From Thermoanaerobaculia bacterium (GTDB lineage Bacteria > Acidobacteriota > Thermoanaerobaculia > Multivoradales > JAHEKO01), in contig CAMYOG010000017.1 in the NCBI GenBank assembly GCA_947259925.1, positions 441 through 64,440 on the forward strand: a DNA stretch of 64,000 bases, given 5' to 3'. A model generated the notes under the pieces. It saw only the letters and a list, made by a program, of their open reading frames with translations, ran no database searches and was not told the DNA's origin. The translations under genes and the position numbers were made by a program. Shown one piece after another: positions 1 to 10,207 of the stretch. Position 1 is the stretch's first letter; the number at the start of each line of letters is the position of its first letter.

Positions 1-445
1 CGCTCGCCAGCGGGCAGCGCTTGCGGCTCTTTACCTTGATCGACGTCTACAGCAGGGAGTGCCTGGCGCTCGTGCCCGGCACCCGCTTCACTGGTGCTCG
101 TGTGGCCGAGATCTTGGCGGATGTGAGCACTCGGCGCCCTTCCGAAACGGATTCTGGTAGACAACGGAACGGAATTCACTTCGAAGGCTCTCGACGCTTG
201 GGCGTACTGGAACAAGGTCAAGCTGGACTTCTCCCGGCCAGGAAAGCCGGGCGACAACGCGCACATCGAGGCCTTCAACAGCCTGGTCAGACGAGAGTGC
301 TTATCGCAACACTGGTTTCGGAACCTCGAGGAGGCGTGTGGCCTGCTCGAGGCGTGGAAGGATGACTACAACAACGACAGGCCCCACGGGAGTTTGGGGC
401 AGATGACTCCGGCCCGATATCGGGCCGGAGCCATCTGCCCGTAGG
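1..445 (+). pseudogene. IS3-family transposase OrfB fragment (DDE integrase-core region), frameshifted and cut by the window edge
   Basis: Two reading frames together give ...LIDVYSRECLALVPG... and then DNGTEFTSKALDAWAYWNKVKLDFSRPGKPGDNAHIEAFNSLVRRECLSQHWF...DYNNDRPHGSLGQMTP. This is colinear with the intact OrfB at 1370-2250. The frame switches near nt ~130. A possible terminal-repeat remnant, aaGGGGTCAAGagg, lies at ~488-501. Confidence 0.6.
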
Positions 446-749
446 ACCGGAACGAGCTCGGCTTTCGCGAATCGACTGGATCAGAGAAGGGGTCAAGAGG
501 CTGAACCGAGGATTTCTCACTTCGGCTGGTCCAGCGTTTGGGGATGGCTCACCGGACTCTCTTCTCGAGATCCGGTCTTAACTAACTGTCTACGGAATCG
601 GGGCAAGTCCGGACTTGGCCAGACCATCCCAACCGACTGAGGCTTCGAGGGAGGGAGACGACTTCGGGGGTGCTGCGGTTCCTGCCTCCCTGGGTCTGGG
701 GTCTCGCTTCGCTCCCGGCCGCTTTAGGCTGACGATAGACTCCTAAAGC

Positions 750-1241
750 GTGGCAGGCAAAGAGACCGAGTCCTTCACCCTTAGTGACCTGAAACAACTC
801 GGGAGCGGCCTCGGCTACCTTATTGCGGTACTGCTCGTAGCAGCCGCTTTGTGGCTCGCCGGCGAGAGGTTGCAGCCCTCAGCATACGACCTTCTACCGG
901 ACTGGCTTACCACGAACACTGGCTTCGTCGGCGGTATCAAGAACGGTGCCTGGTTGGCTTGGCTCGCGGGGTTTGGCTATTTCCTCTTCCGTTCTGGCTA
1001 CCAAATCGCATCCGAGGCTGCCACTCCCTGGTCGGTGAAACTCCTTGGACCGCCGCTCACCGGGACTGTCATCGCCTTTGTCGTGAGCTGGGGAATCCCA
1101 ACCCAGTACACCTGGAGTCGGTGGACTGCATTTGCGTGTCTACTCCTCTGGGCAGGCGGTATCAGCCGGGGCCGGAGGTGGATGGCTGAGGAGCGGGAAT
1201 ACTGGCAGTTATGGTGGCAAGACGACGACCCCGACGACTAA
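750..1241 (+). CDS. hypothetical polytopic membrane protein (163 aa) flanked by IS3 copies
   Basis: ORF with several hydrophobic segments (LGYLIAVLLVAAALWLAG; AWLAWLAGFGYFLF; GTVIAFVVSWGI; FACLLLWAGGI). No recognisable family. Confidence 0.35.
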   Translation: MAGKETESFTLSDLKQLGSGLGYLIAVLLVAAALWLAGERLQPSAYDLLPDWLTTNTGFVGGIKNGAWLAWLAGFGYFLFRSGYQIASEAATPWSVKLLGPPLTGTVIAFVVSWGIPTQYTWSRWTAFACLLLWAGGISRGRRWMAEEREYWQLWWQDDDPDD

Positions 1242-1369
1242 CGGCTGCGAGCCGCCACAGGTTGCCTGCCCGGTACGGTGCTGACCTGACCCCCATTCCT
1301 GCGCAGTGCGGATGAGGGTTTTTCCAGCAGTTTAGACATCTGCACCGCCTCCTGAGCGGGCGGGGGAAA

Positions 1370-2250
1370 TCAATGAAATGGGCGGGGCGGAGGTCGCTTC
1401 CAGCGCGACCGGAGCCCCGCCTCCCTGGCAAAGACAGCGGGCGGCAGTTGGCCGAGCGAGCTGTGCGGTCGTACGCGGTTGTAGTCGCGCCGCCAGGTCT
1501 CGACCTCGCGCTGGGCGTCGACGAGGCTCGTAAACCAATGTTGGTTCAGGCACTCGTCTCGAAACTTGCCGTTGAAGCTTTCGACGAAGCAGTTCTCGAT
1601 CGGCTTGCCCGGCCGAATGAAGTCGAGCTGGATGCCGCGCTCGTAGGCCCAGGCGTCGAGAGCCCGGCCGGCAAACTCCGGCCCGTTGTCCATCACCAAG
1701 CACTGCGGCTTGCCTCGGCGATCGATCACCTGGTCCAGAACGCGCGTGACGCGCTCACCCGACAGCGATGTGTCGACCTCGATTGCCACGCACTCCCGCG
1801 TGAAGTCGTCGACCACGTTGAGCGTCCGAAAGCCGCGGCCGGTGGCCAAGCTGTCGGCCATGAAGTCCATCGACCAGCGCTCGTTCGGCCCCTCGGGCAT
1901 CACCCTCGGCTGACGAGCCGTCTGAGCCACACGCTTGCGTCTCTTGCGCCGTACCGCCAGCTTCTCCTCGCGGTACATGCGCTGAATGCGCTTGTGATTG
2001 ACGGCCCAGCCCTCGCGCACCAAGAGCACATGCAGGCGCCGATAGCCGAAGCGAGGCCGCTCGGCGGCGAGCTCGAGCAGACGCTCTCTGAGTCCCTCAG
2101 GCTCCTGCCGGCACGAGCGGTACCGATACGTTGACTCCGCGATCTGGACCACCCGACACGCCCGCCGCACGCTGACTCCATGAAGACCCCGCAGCCACGC
2201 GACTGCGCGTCGCCGTGCGACGGGCTTTACCACTTTCGGTCCAGCACCTC
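1370..2250 (-). CDS. IS3 transposase OrfB (rve / DDE integrase core). Produced with OrfA by a programmed -1 frameshift. The N-terminal boundary is approximate.
   Basis: MPEGPNERWSMDFMADSL...NVVDDFTRECVAIEV...MDNGPEFAGRALDAWAYERGIQLDFIRPGKPIENCFVESFNGKFRDECLNQHWF...YNRVRPHSSLGQLPP. The long ORF 1370-2536 continues into the orfA region in the alternative frame. Confidence 0.8.
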
Positions 2251-2493
2251 CTGGAGCATCTGTTTGTCGAGCGACAGATCCGCCACCAGCTTCTTGAGCT
2301 GCCGGTTCTCCGCCTCGAGCTGCTTGAGACGCTTGGCCTCCGACACGCTCATCCCGCCGTATTTCGATTTCCAGCGGTAGTACGTCTGCTCGCTGATCCC
2401 GTGCTCGCGGATCACGTCCTTGACCTTCTGACCGCCCTCGACCTGCTGCAGCACGCGGATGATCTTCTCTTCCGAATACCGGCTCTTGCGCAT
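2227..2493 (-). CDS. IS3 transposase OrfA (HTH / leucine-zipper part)
   Basis: MRKSRYSEEKIIRVLQQVEGGQKVKDVIREHGISEQTYYRWKSKYGGMSVSEAKRLKQLEAENRQLKKLVADLSLDKQML. Confidence 0.8.
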   Translation of the reverse strand: MRKSRYSEEKIIRVLQQVEGGQKVKDVIREHGISEQTYYRWKSKYGGMSVSEAKRLKQLEAENRQLKKLVADLSLDKQMLQEVLDRKW

Positions 2494-2771
2494 CCAAACC
2501 CCTTTCTCCGGGCCGGAAAACCCACATTCTACGCACGCCAGTTTTCGGGGGTCAGGTCACAGCAACTTGCTCCATTCTTCATCGCTGAATAGAGCTCTCA
2601 CGAGATCTTCCGGGACCTCGAAAGGGATTACCTCTGCGCTACTCATCGGACTACCCGCTGGTCCTCAAGCCACTCCCCAAACCGCTCCCTATCGAAGTAC
2701 GCGACCCCGCTTTAGGCGACGATGCAGACTCGCCCACACCCCCTCAAACTATTGATTATTTACTGATTTAT

Positions 2772-2861
2772 TGGCGGAGGGGGCGGGATTCGAACCCGCG
2801 GTCGGGGTAAACCGACGCCGGTTTTCAAGACCGGTGCATTCGACCACTCTGCCACCCCTCC
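2772..2861 (-). tRNA. tRNA-Ser (anticodon UGA) with long variable arm
   Basis: Reverse complement reads GGAGGGGTGGCAGAGTGGTCGAATGCACCGGTCTTGAAAACCGGCGTCGGTTTACCCCGACCGCGGGTTCGAATCCCGCCCCCTCCGCCA. It has a 7-bp acceptor stem, anticodon loop CTTGAAA, a long extra arm, a GGTTCGAATCC T-arm and an encoded CCA. Confidence 0.85.
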
Positions 2862-2864
2862 GCG

Positions 2865-2968
2865 GCGGCAAGTCTACTGGTTAGAAGTCGCGGTCCGGCT
2901 CACGGCCGCCGGGGGGGCGGCAAGTCTACTGGTTAGAAGTCGCGGTCCGGCTCACGGCCGCCGGGGGC
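2865..2968. repeat. perfect tandem duplication, 2 x 52 bp (GCGGCAAGTCTACTGGTTAGAAGTCGCGGTCCGGCTCACGGCCGCCGGGGG)
   Basis: Seen directly: two abutting identical copies start 4 nt from the tRNA-Ser 5' end and overlap the 3' end of the short anti-sigma-like ORF. Confidence 0.8.
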
Positions 2969-3182
2969 CTCGACGACCGATCCCCGACGCTCGCCCACTG
3001 CGTCTGCCGCCGTGGTTCTGCCGGTACCTCACGGTCTCGGCGAACACTTCGTAGAGAGCTTCATCGCGATCGAGGCGCTCGAGGAACTCGCGCCGCTCGC
3101 TGTTCGAAAGCCGGCCGTCCAGGAAGGCGGCGATCAGCTCGGAGTCACCCGGCTCGATGCCTCTGTCGATCATCCCCGTCAC
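2952..3182 (-). CDS. putative anti-sigma factor, N-terminal sigma-binding segment only (76 aa). The C-terminal codons are read from the tandem repeat, so it is probably truncated.
   Basis: LIAAFLDGRLSNSERREFLERLDRDEALYEVFAETVRY resembles anti-sigma N-terminal helices (xxYLDGELxxxER). It sits immediately downstream of the ECF sigma gene. The tail RRSGRASGIGRRGPRRP is encoded by the repeat. Confidence 0.4.
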   Translation of the reverse strand: MTGMIDRGIEPGDSELIAAFLDGRLSNSERREFLERLDRDEALYEVFAETVRYRQNHGGRRSGRASGIGRRGPRRP

Positions 3183-3248
3183 TCTCTGTTTGACTCGTAA
3201 GGGTTAGACGGCCGGAATCGCCGACTTCCGGTCCTACGAGCCGAAGAG

Positions 3249-4184
3249 CTAGGCGGTCTTCTGGCTGTGCTCGTCCGGGTCGCCCAGTCCGGCCTCGATC
3301 TCGCAGGCCGGCCAATCGAGGAGCTCGAGCGCCTCTTCGCAGCGCACTCCCGCCTCGACGATCCGCGCGCGGACCTCGCTCAAGAGCTTGCGCACCCGGC
3401 CGTAGATCCTGCGCTGGTCGAGGCCCAGGGTCTTGGCGATCGCGCGAATGGTGAGCCCGTCGGCGAAGCGCAGCTTGAGAATCAGGCGGTCCTCGGCCGA
3501 CAGGCCGGCGAGCGCGGCTTTGAGCGCGCCACTCACCCGCTCCTGGGCGGCGAGCCGCTCCCCGTCGACGACCCGCCGGTCGCCACGCTCCGGAGCGGAG
3601 AGCGACGACAGGACGACGTCGCTCTCGAAGCGCCGGGTGGTCCGGGGCCGGAGCTTGTCGACGATCTCGTGCAGCTCCCGGTCCGCGGTGTCGACCCCGA
3701 ACCGGGTGCGCAGGAGCTCGAACGCCTCACTGACGGTGAATCCATCCCGATAGAGCAGCGCCTCGAGCTGCACGCCGACCTCGCCGCAGCGCTTGGCCGC
3801 GGCCGAGGGACGCCACTTACCCCACTGCTGGATCCGGAAGTCGCGGAAGATGTTCTGGATCACGGTGGTCAGATAGGTGGTGAGCTGGCTCTTCCCCCGG
3901 AACTTCCGGAAGACCGCGTAGTCGCCGGAGATCAGACGCAGCTTCACCTGACCGGCGAGATCGTCGGCCTCCCAGTGACTCAGCGCGTTGCGGCGGGCGA
4001 TGGCGCGGACGGTCCGCTCGATGAAGTCGAGGTTCTCGAGCAGCAGGCTTCGACACTCGTCTTCGGTGGCGCCGCCGCGGAGACGCCGAGGCGACCGGCT
4101 CGCGGGCCGCCCGATTTCCCCCGGGCCGGCCAGGGAAGGCGGCACCCGATCGTCGATACTCCCACCCTGAGACCGAGTTCGCAT
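3249..4184 (-). CDS. sigma-70 family factor, ECF-like, with extended N-terminus and linker (311 aa)
   Basis: Region-2-like DDLAGQVKLRLISGDYAVFRKFRGKSQLTTYLTTVIQNIFRDFRIQ and region-4 HTH LSAEDRLILKLRFADGLTIRAIAKTLGLDQRRIYGRVRKLLSEVR. Confidence 0.7.
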   Translation of the reverse strand: MRTRSQGGSIDDRVPPSLAGPGEIGRPASRSPRRLRGGATEDECRSLLLENLDFIERTVRAIARRNALSHWEADDLAGQVKLRLISGDYAVFRKFRGKSQLTTYLTTVIQNIFRDFRIQQWGKWRPSAAAKRCGEVGVQLEALLYRDGFTVSEAFELLRTRFGVDTADRELHEIVDKLRPRTTRRFESDVVLSSLSAPERGDRRVVDGERLAAQERVSGALKAALAGLSAEDRLILKLRFADGLTIRAIAKTLGLDQRRIYGRVRKLLSEVRARIVEAGVRCEEALELLDWPACEIEAGLGDPDEHSQKTA

Positions 4185-4307
4185 CGTGGCACTCGAAAAA
4201 CCGAAAGAGTTGTTGTAATCTTGATCGCAACGTCATCAGGCATCAGAGACGGCGTCCTGAGGAAACTCTGTCTTTTTCCTGAGGGCGCCTCCGAGGAGGC
4301 GGTGAGA

Positions 4308-5927
4308 ATGCTCTCTCTAGCTGACTTCAGGGTTGGTGACCATCTGGTCCAGCCTTCCCTGGGCCAGATCGTCAACGGCGACGAGCCGGTCCACGTCGAG
4401 CCGCGGTCGATCGAGGTGCTGGTCGCCCTGGCCGAGCGGAACGGCGAGGTCTGGCCCAAGACGGAGCTGATCCGTGCCGTGTGGGGAGAGGCGTACGTTT
4501 CCGACGAGGTGCTGACGCACGCGATCTGGGACCTCCGCAAGGCGTTCGGCGACGACGCCGGCCATCCGAGGTACATCCAAACGATCCCGAAGCGGGGCTA
4601 CCGGTTGATCGCACCGGTCGAGCCGGTCGAGCCGGAGCCGGACCTGGCCGCGCGACCGAATCGCTGGTCCCTGCTCGGCGGCTCGGCGGTCCTGCTCGTA
4701 GCGCTGCTGGCGCTCGTTCTCTCTCTGAGACAGGACGGCGATCCGCCCACCACCGCCCGGACGACCAACTACGATCTGGTCGTGGTGAGCTCGGCCGACC
4801 GCGGCGCCGCTCCCGGGCTCGTCACCCAGTTCGACGACGCCTTGAGTCGCCTGGCCGGCACCCACGGCATGTCGGTGCGCGTCGGCCCCTCCTGTCCCGA
4901 GCCGTCCCTCTCCGCGGACTACTGCCTACGCACGGCGGTGCACGCCGATCGGACGCGGCATCAGGCGTCGGCACAGCTGATCGACCTCGCCACCGGCGAG
5001 CTGGTCTGGAGCCCGCCCCTCTCCGACTTCGACGACGCCGCGGGAGCGATCGCCGCGGGCGAGGAGCTCGGCGAGCTGACCGCCGCCTACTTCGAGGCCC
5101 TCGACATGCGATTCTTCACCGACCGCGACATCGAGCCCTGGTTCGAGGTCTCGCGGCACGACGTCCGGGCGGTCCGAGACTTCCTCGCCGGCGCCGAGTA
5201 CGTCTATCGTCACGAGGTCGGGGGTCGGGGTCCGCTCGATCTGGCGGCCGCCAGGGATCCCGACTTCATCGCGCCCCGCGTCTGGCGCATCCAGACACTC
5301 AGCTCCGAGCGCGAGCAGGAGCTGCTCGACCGGTACCTGGCCGACCTCGATCGGCTCGAGGCGGACGCCCATCCGTTCGAGCGCGCGATGATCTTCTGGG
5401 GGCGCGCGGCGGCGCGGGGCGACGTTCCCCGTCAGATCCGTCACCTCGATGCCGCGCTCCACATCGAGCCCGGCAATCGACCGGTCACCGCGATGCTGGG
5501 CACCATCTACCTGTACTCGGGCGACGCCGAGCGAGCCTGGCAGCTCCTCGAGCCGCTGGCAAAGGAGCGCTGGGAGTTCCTGGGACTCTACGCGCCCGCC
5601 GGCCGTGCGGGGCTCCTGGCCGGCCAGCTCGAGCGGGCCGAGGAGATCCTCGAGCTGGCGCTCGAGCTCACTCCGGTCGATCCCGAGGTCCTGGCGCTGC
5701 TCGAGCTGCTGGCGATCTACCGCGGCGACCCGAGCGCGGCGCAGGAGTACCGCCGGCAGTTGCAGCTCAGGATCGAGCTGATCCGGCCCGAGCCGTTCGA
5801 CTTCGACCGGACACCCTACGTCGAGCTACTGGCTGCGGCCGCCCGATCCGAGGGCCGCGCCGAGATCGCCGACGAGCTTCAGCGCTCGACGGTCGTCGTG
5901 GCCGCCGGCTCGGCCCAGAACCGGTAG
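4308..5927 (+). CDS. ToxR/CadC-like membrane-anchored transcriptional regulator: N-terminal OmpR-type winged helix, one TM helix, extracytoplasmic TPR-like domain
   Basis: wHTH ...EVLVALAERNGEVWPKTELIRAVWGEAYVSDEVLTHAIWDLRKAFGDD...YIQTIPKRGYRLI. TM segment WSLLGGSAVLLVALLALVLSL. Helical repeats in the C-terminal half. GAGGAGG lies 8 nt upstream of the ATG at 4308. The longer ORF starting at 3267 is antisense to the sigma gene and is not credible. Confidence 0.6.
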   Translation: MLSLADFRVGDHLVQPSLGQIVNGDEPVHVEPRSIEVLVALAERNGEVWPKTELIRAVWGEAYVSDEVLTHAIWDLRKAFGDDAGHPRYIQTIPKRGYRLIAPVEPVEPEPDLAARPNRWSLLGGSAVLLVALLALVLSLRQDGDPPTTARTTNYDLVVVSSADRGAAPGLVTQFDDALSRLAGTHGMSVRVGPSCPEPSLSADYCLRTAVHADRTRHQASAQLIDLATGELVWSPPLSDFDDAAGAIAAGEELGELTAAYFEALDMRFFTDRDIEPWFEVSRHDVRAVRDFLAGAEYVYRHEVGGRGPLDLAAARDPDFIAPRVWRIQTLSSEREQELLDRYLADLDRLEADAHPFERAMIFWGRAAARGDVPRQIRHLDAALHIEPGNRPVTAMLGTIYLYSGDAERAWQLLEPLAKERWEFLGLYAPAGRAGLLAGQLERAEEILELALELTPVDPEVLALLELLAIYRGDPSAAQEYRRQLQLRIELIRPEPFDFDRTPYVELLAAAARSEGRAEIADELQRSTVVVAAGSAQNR

Positions 5928-6499
5928 AGCGCCTTGCCGCCCCCCTTGACCATCACCCGGTGGGTGTAGGTGCCGGTGGCGGGAAATGCGATCTCCGGGT
6001 TGAACCAGATCAGTTGCACGGTGCCGGCCGGATAGATCACGTCCTCGCTCGCCTCGAACTCGAACTCCTCGGGTCCGGTGATCTTGACCGTGGTCTTGCG
6101 CTCGACCTCCTCCTCGCCGTTGTTGAGCACCGTCCACCAGAGGTTGTAGAAGGTCTCGAGGTCGGAGATCACCGCGCTGACGAGGGTCGCCGGATTGGTC
6201 GGCTCGGCGGCCATGTGTCCACACGCCAGGGTCCGGAACGGCTTCTCGTCTGCGGCCTTGAAGCTCGATCGCGACTCCCGGGCACGATCGAGCGCGTAGC
6301 TGAGCGACATGAAGCCGCCGCCATGGTCGCGGAAGACCAGGTCGCGGGCCTCGATCGCACCGATCATCGGCTGGAAGAGGCGCTCGAACTCCTGCGTCAT
6401 CCGCTCCAGCCGGTCCGGCTTCGGTGCTCCAGCCTCGGCCGGCTGGACCGCCGGCAACGCCAGGAGAAGGGCGAGGCTGAGGGGAAGGAATCGATGCAT
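5879..6499 (-). CDS. secreted hypothetical protein (signal peptide MHRFLPLSLALLLALPAVQPAEA)
   Basis: ORF with a clear N-terminal signal peptide and no family recognised. Its 3' end overlaps the end of the convergent regulator gene by ~49 nt. Confidence 0.45.
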   Translation of the reverse strand: MHRFLPLSLALLLALPAVQPAEAGAPKPDRLERMTQEFERLFQPMIGAIEARDLVFRDHGGGFMSLSYALDRARESRSSFKAADEKPFRTLACGHMAAEPTNPATLVSAVISDLETFYNLWWTVLNNGEEEVERKTTVKITGPEEFEFEASEDVIYPAGTVQLIWFNPEIAFPATGTYTHRVMVKGGGKALYRFWAEPAATTTVER

Positions 6500-6599
6500 G
6501 AGCTGAGCTCTGTGACGAGCTTCGGACCGTCGCGCGGGGAGAGGGACCCCACGTGCAGCTATGTGGGTTAGGTGTCGATGATAACAGACCGCGCCGTGA

Positions 6600-7949
<1,350 letters not shown>

Positions 7950-8002
7950 TCACCGGCTTTCGTAGCGAGCCGGCGCGACAGGAAGCTGGTGAGACGCTCC
8001 GG

Positions 8003-9028
8003 CTAGCCGCGGCCGCGCGGCAGCTCGCCGGAGATCAGGCCGAGGGTCGTCTCCACGGCGGCCTGCAGCGGCCCCGCGTCCGCGATCCCCTTGCCGGCCA
8101 GGCCGAAGGCCGTCCCGTGGTCGACTGAGGTACGGAGGAAAGGCAGGCCGAGCGTCCAGTTCGTGGCGACGCCGAAGGCCGACGTCTTGACCGCGATCAG
8201 ACCCTGGTCGTGATAAAGGGCCAGCACCCAGTCGAACTCGCCGCGCCGCGCCCGGGCGAAGAGCGAGTCGGCGCTTTCGGGTCCCTGGGCATCGATCCCG
8301 CGCTCGCGGGCGCGCTCGAGTGCCGGCACGATGTGGAGATCCTCCTCGGCGCCCATGAGGCCGCCCTCGCCGGCGTGCGGGTTGAGCCCGGCGACCGCGA
8401 TCCGGCCGGGCGCGTGACGATGGAGGCAGCCGAGAGCCTCGAGGATCGGCTCGGCGGTGATCCGGTCGAGCGCAGCCCGCAACGGCAGGTGGGTGGTGAG
8501 GAGCGCCACCTGCAGGTCGGGCGTCAGGAAGGCCATCAGGTAGTCGCGGCCGTAGCGCTCGAGCCCCGAGCGCTCGGCGATGTAGTCGGTGTGGCCGAGG
8601 AACCCCGGCAGATGCTGCGACGCGATCGATGACTTGCTGACCGGCGCCGTGACCATGGCATCGACGGTGCCGGCCCTGGCCAGCTCGAGGGCGGCGTCGA
8701 TCGCCGCGACCGCGCCGGCGGCGTCGGCGGGACCGGAAGCACCCGGCTCGACAGGTGGACCGCCGCCTACCGGATCGAGCACCGCCAGCTCACCGCCGCT
8801 GAGCGAGGCCAGGCCCTCGCGATCCGGGAGCGAGTCGAAGAAGACCAGGCGGGCGGGGTCGAGCGCCGGGACCAGATCTACGACGCTCTCGATCGCCCGA
8901 CGCTCGCAGACCAGTAGCGGCAGGTAGTCCCCGCCTCCGGTGGCGGCCGCCAGCTTGAGTACTACTTCCGGGCCGATACCCGCAGGATCACCCTGCGTCA
9001 GCGCGAGAACCGTTCGCCCGCGCTTCAC
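8003..9028 (-). CDS. pdxA: 4-hydroxythreonine-4-phosphate dehydrogenase
   Basis: LALTQGDPAGIGPEV...HLPGFLGHTDY...GLNPHAGEGG...VDHGTAFGLAGKGIAD. The start may be a downstream GTG. Confidence 0.85.
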   Translation of the reverse strand: MKRGRTVLALTQGDPAGIGPEVVLKLAAATGGGDYLPLLVCERRAIESVVDLVPALDPARLVFFDSLPDREGLASLSGGELAVLDPVGGGPPVEPGASGPADAAGAVAAIDAALELARAGTVDAMVTAPVSKSSIASQHLPGFLGHTDYIAERSGLERYGRDYLMAFLTPDLQVALLTTHLPLRAALDRITAEPILEALGCLHRHAPGRIAVAGLNPHAGEGGLMGAEEDLHIVPALERARERGIDAQGPESADSLFARARRGEFDWVLALYHDQGLIAVKTSAFGVATNWTLGLPFLRTSVDHGTAFGLAGKGIADAGPLQAAVETTLGLISGELPRGRG

Positions 9029-9341
9029 GACGGCGCTGCCTCTTCAGCTCCTCCTCTTTGAACATGTAGCGGATGTTGTGCTTGAGAATGAGGAGGTTCG
9101 GCTGGTTGTGCCGGTTGAGCTTGATCGCGCTCTTGTCGTACCACTCGATCCAGCCCTTGAGCTCGGTGTCGTCGGTGAGCACTACCACCATCGGCGTCTT
9201 GGCCGCCATCTGCTTGAGGTAGTAGAACTCCTCGGCGTTGGTCCGCTCGGGCGGGGTCTGCTTGCGACGGACCGACCTGGAGGACTGCTTGAAGTCCGTC
9301 AGCTCGGGTCGGATGAGTTTTCTGTTCGCCATCTTGGTCAT
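8988..9341 (-). CDS. Hfq-like Sm-fold RNA chaperone homologue with a basic N-terminal extension (117 aa)
   Basis: YYLKQMAAKTPMVVVLTDDTELKGWIEWYDKSAIKLNRHNQPNLLILKHNIRYM aligns motif-for-motif with E. coli Hfq [50 protein letters not shown]. The start ATG overlaps the stop of the upstream gene (ATGA). Confidence 0.5.
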   Translation of the reverse strand: MTKMANRKLIRPELTDFKQSSRSVRRKQTPPERTNAEEFYYLKQMAAKTPMVVVLTDDTELKGWIEWYDKSAIKLNRHNQPNLLILKHNIRYMFKEEELKRQRRREARANGSRADAG

Positions 9342-10072
9342 GGGCTGGCGCCTTCCGCTCCTTTCTTCTTCTTCTTCTTGAGCGGCTCGTACTGATCGTT
9401 CTCGTAGGCCAGGCAGCACAGGAGGCGGCCGCACTGACCGGAGATCTTGGAGGGGTTCAGGCTCAGGTTCTGACGCTTCGCCATCTGAATCGAGATCGGT
9501 TTGAAGTCCTTGAGCCAGGTGGAGCAACAGAGGGTCCGACCACAGACGCCGATTCCGCCCAGCAGGCCGGCTTCGTCGCGCGCGCCGACCTGCACCATCT
9601 TGACCTTGGCCGAGAAGCGCTTCGACAGGTCGCGGACCAGCCGTCTGAAATCGACCCGCGACTCGGCGGTGAAGTAGAAACGTGCATGTCGGCTATCGAG
9701 CGAGAAGTCGACGCGGGCGACCTTCATCTCCAGGCCGAGCTCTCCAGCCCGTTTGCGGCAATAGAGCTTGGCTTGCTCCTGATTGCGAATCTGCCGGTCG
9801 TGAGCGTCGGTGTCCTGGCCGGTGGCAACCCTGAGTATGCGGCTCGCGCTCGACTTCTGACACGGCTTGAAAACCGACATCGGCGACTGCTCGACCCGTC
9901 CGAACGCCGGGCCCGAGTCGAGGTCGACGACGACCGGGTCACCCTTGGTGAAAATCTGACCCCCCGAGGCGCAGAGAGTCAGGTTGGTCTCCTCGGCGAA
10001 GCGTACGCCGACAAAATTGTCCTCCACTGCGGTCGACATGCCTTTGTATTCGCACCCATGGCATCCGCTCAT
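9338..10072 (-). CDS. PSP1 C-terminal domain protein (RicT/YaaT-like)
   Basis: ...MVQVGARDEAGLLGGIGVCGRTLCCSTWLKDFKPISIQMAKRQNLSLNPSKISGQCGRLLCCLAYEND, with a poly-Lys tail. Confidence 0.7.
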   Translation of the reverse strand: MSGCHGCEYKGMSTAVEDNFVGVRFAEETNLTLCASGGQIFTKGDPVVVDLDSGPAFGRVEQSPMSVFKPCQKSSASRILRVATGQDTDAHDRQIRNQEQAKLYCRKRAGELGLEMKVARVDFSLDSRHARFYFTAESRVDFRRLVRDLSKRFSAKVKMVQVGARDEAGLLGGIGVCGRTLCCSTWLKDFKPISIQMAKRQNLSLNPSKISGQCGRLLCCLAYENDQYEPLKKKKKKGAEGASP

Positions 10073-10207
10073 GTGCAGTGAACCTCATATCTTCGAACGG
10101 AATCTCGAGGAGTCCGTCTCTTTCCGTTGTACAAACGTTCCGGGAGCGGCCCGGATTCCCATCGCCGGTTAGTAACTTACGAGTTAGACCCCGAAGCGAT
10201 GGCCTAA

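Larger units (their letters stand above)
1282..2559 (-). mobile_element. IS3-family insertion sequence (~1.28 kb) with terminal inverted repeats
   Basis: TGACCTGACCCCC at 1282-1294 matches the reverse complement of GGGGGTCAGGTCA at 2547-2559. The repeats enclose overlapping orfA/orfB in the -1 frame relationship typical of IS3. Confidence 0.75.

Noticed and set aside
2865-2968. CRISPR array or attachment-site duplication
   Set aside because: Only two identical abutting copies with no spacers, and the unit is unrelated to the tRNA 3' end. Treated as a plain tandem duplication.
3267-4307. N-terminal 347 codons of the 886-aa plus-strand ORF
   Set aside because: Antisense to the ECF sigma gene with no protein-like features. 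The regulator starts at the ATG at 4308 with a good RBS.
4481-6571. 696-aa ORF on the plus strand full of Arg/Gly/Pro
   Set aside because: Antisense or off-frame to the CadC-like regulator and the secreted protein. Low-complexity composition typical of spurious ORFs in 70 % GC DNA.
10081-10207. AT-richer stretch with TAACT/AGTTA half-sites between purD and the RicT gene
   Set aside because: Probably the promoter for the RicT-Hfq-pdxA unit, but no convincing -35/-10 or operator could be assigned by eye.
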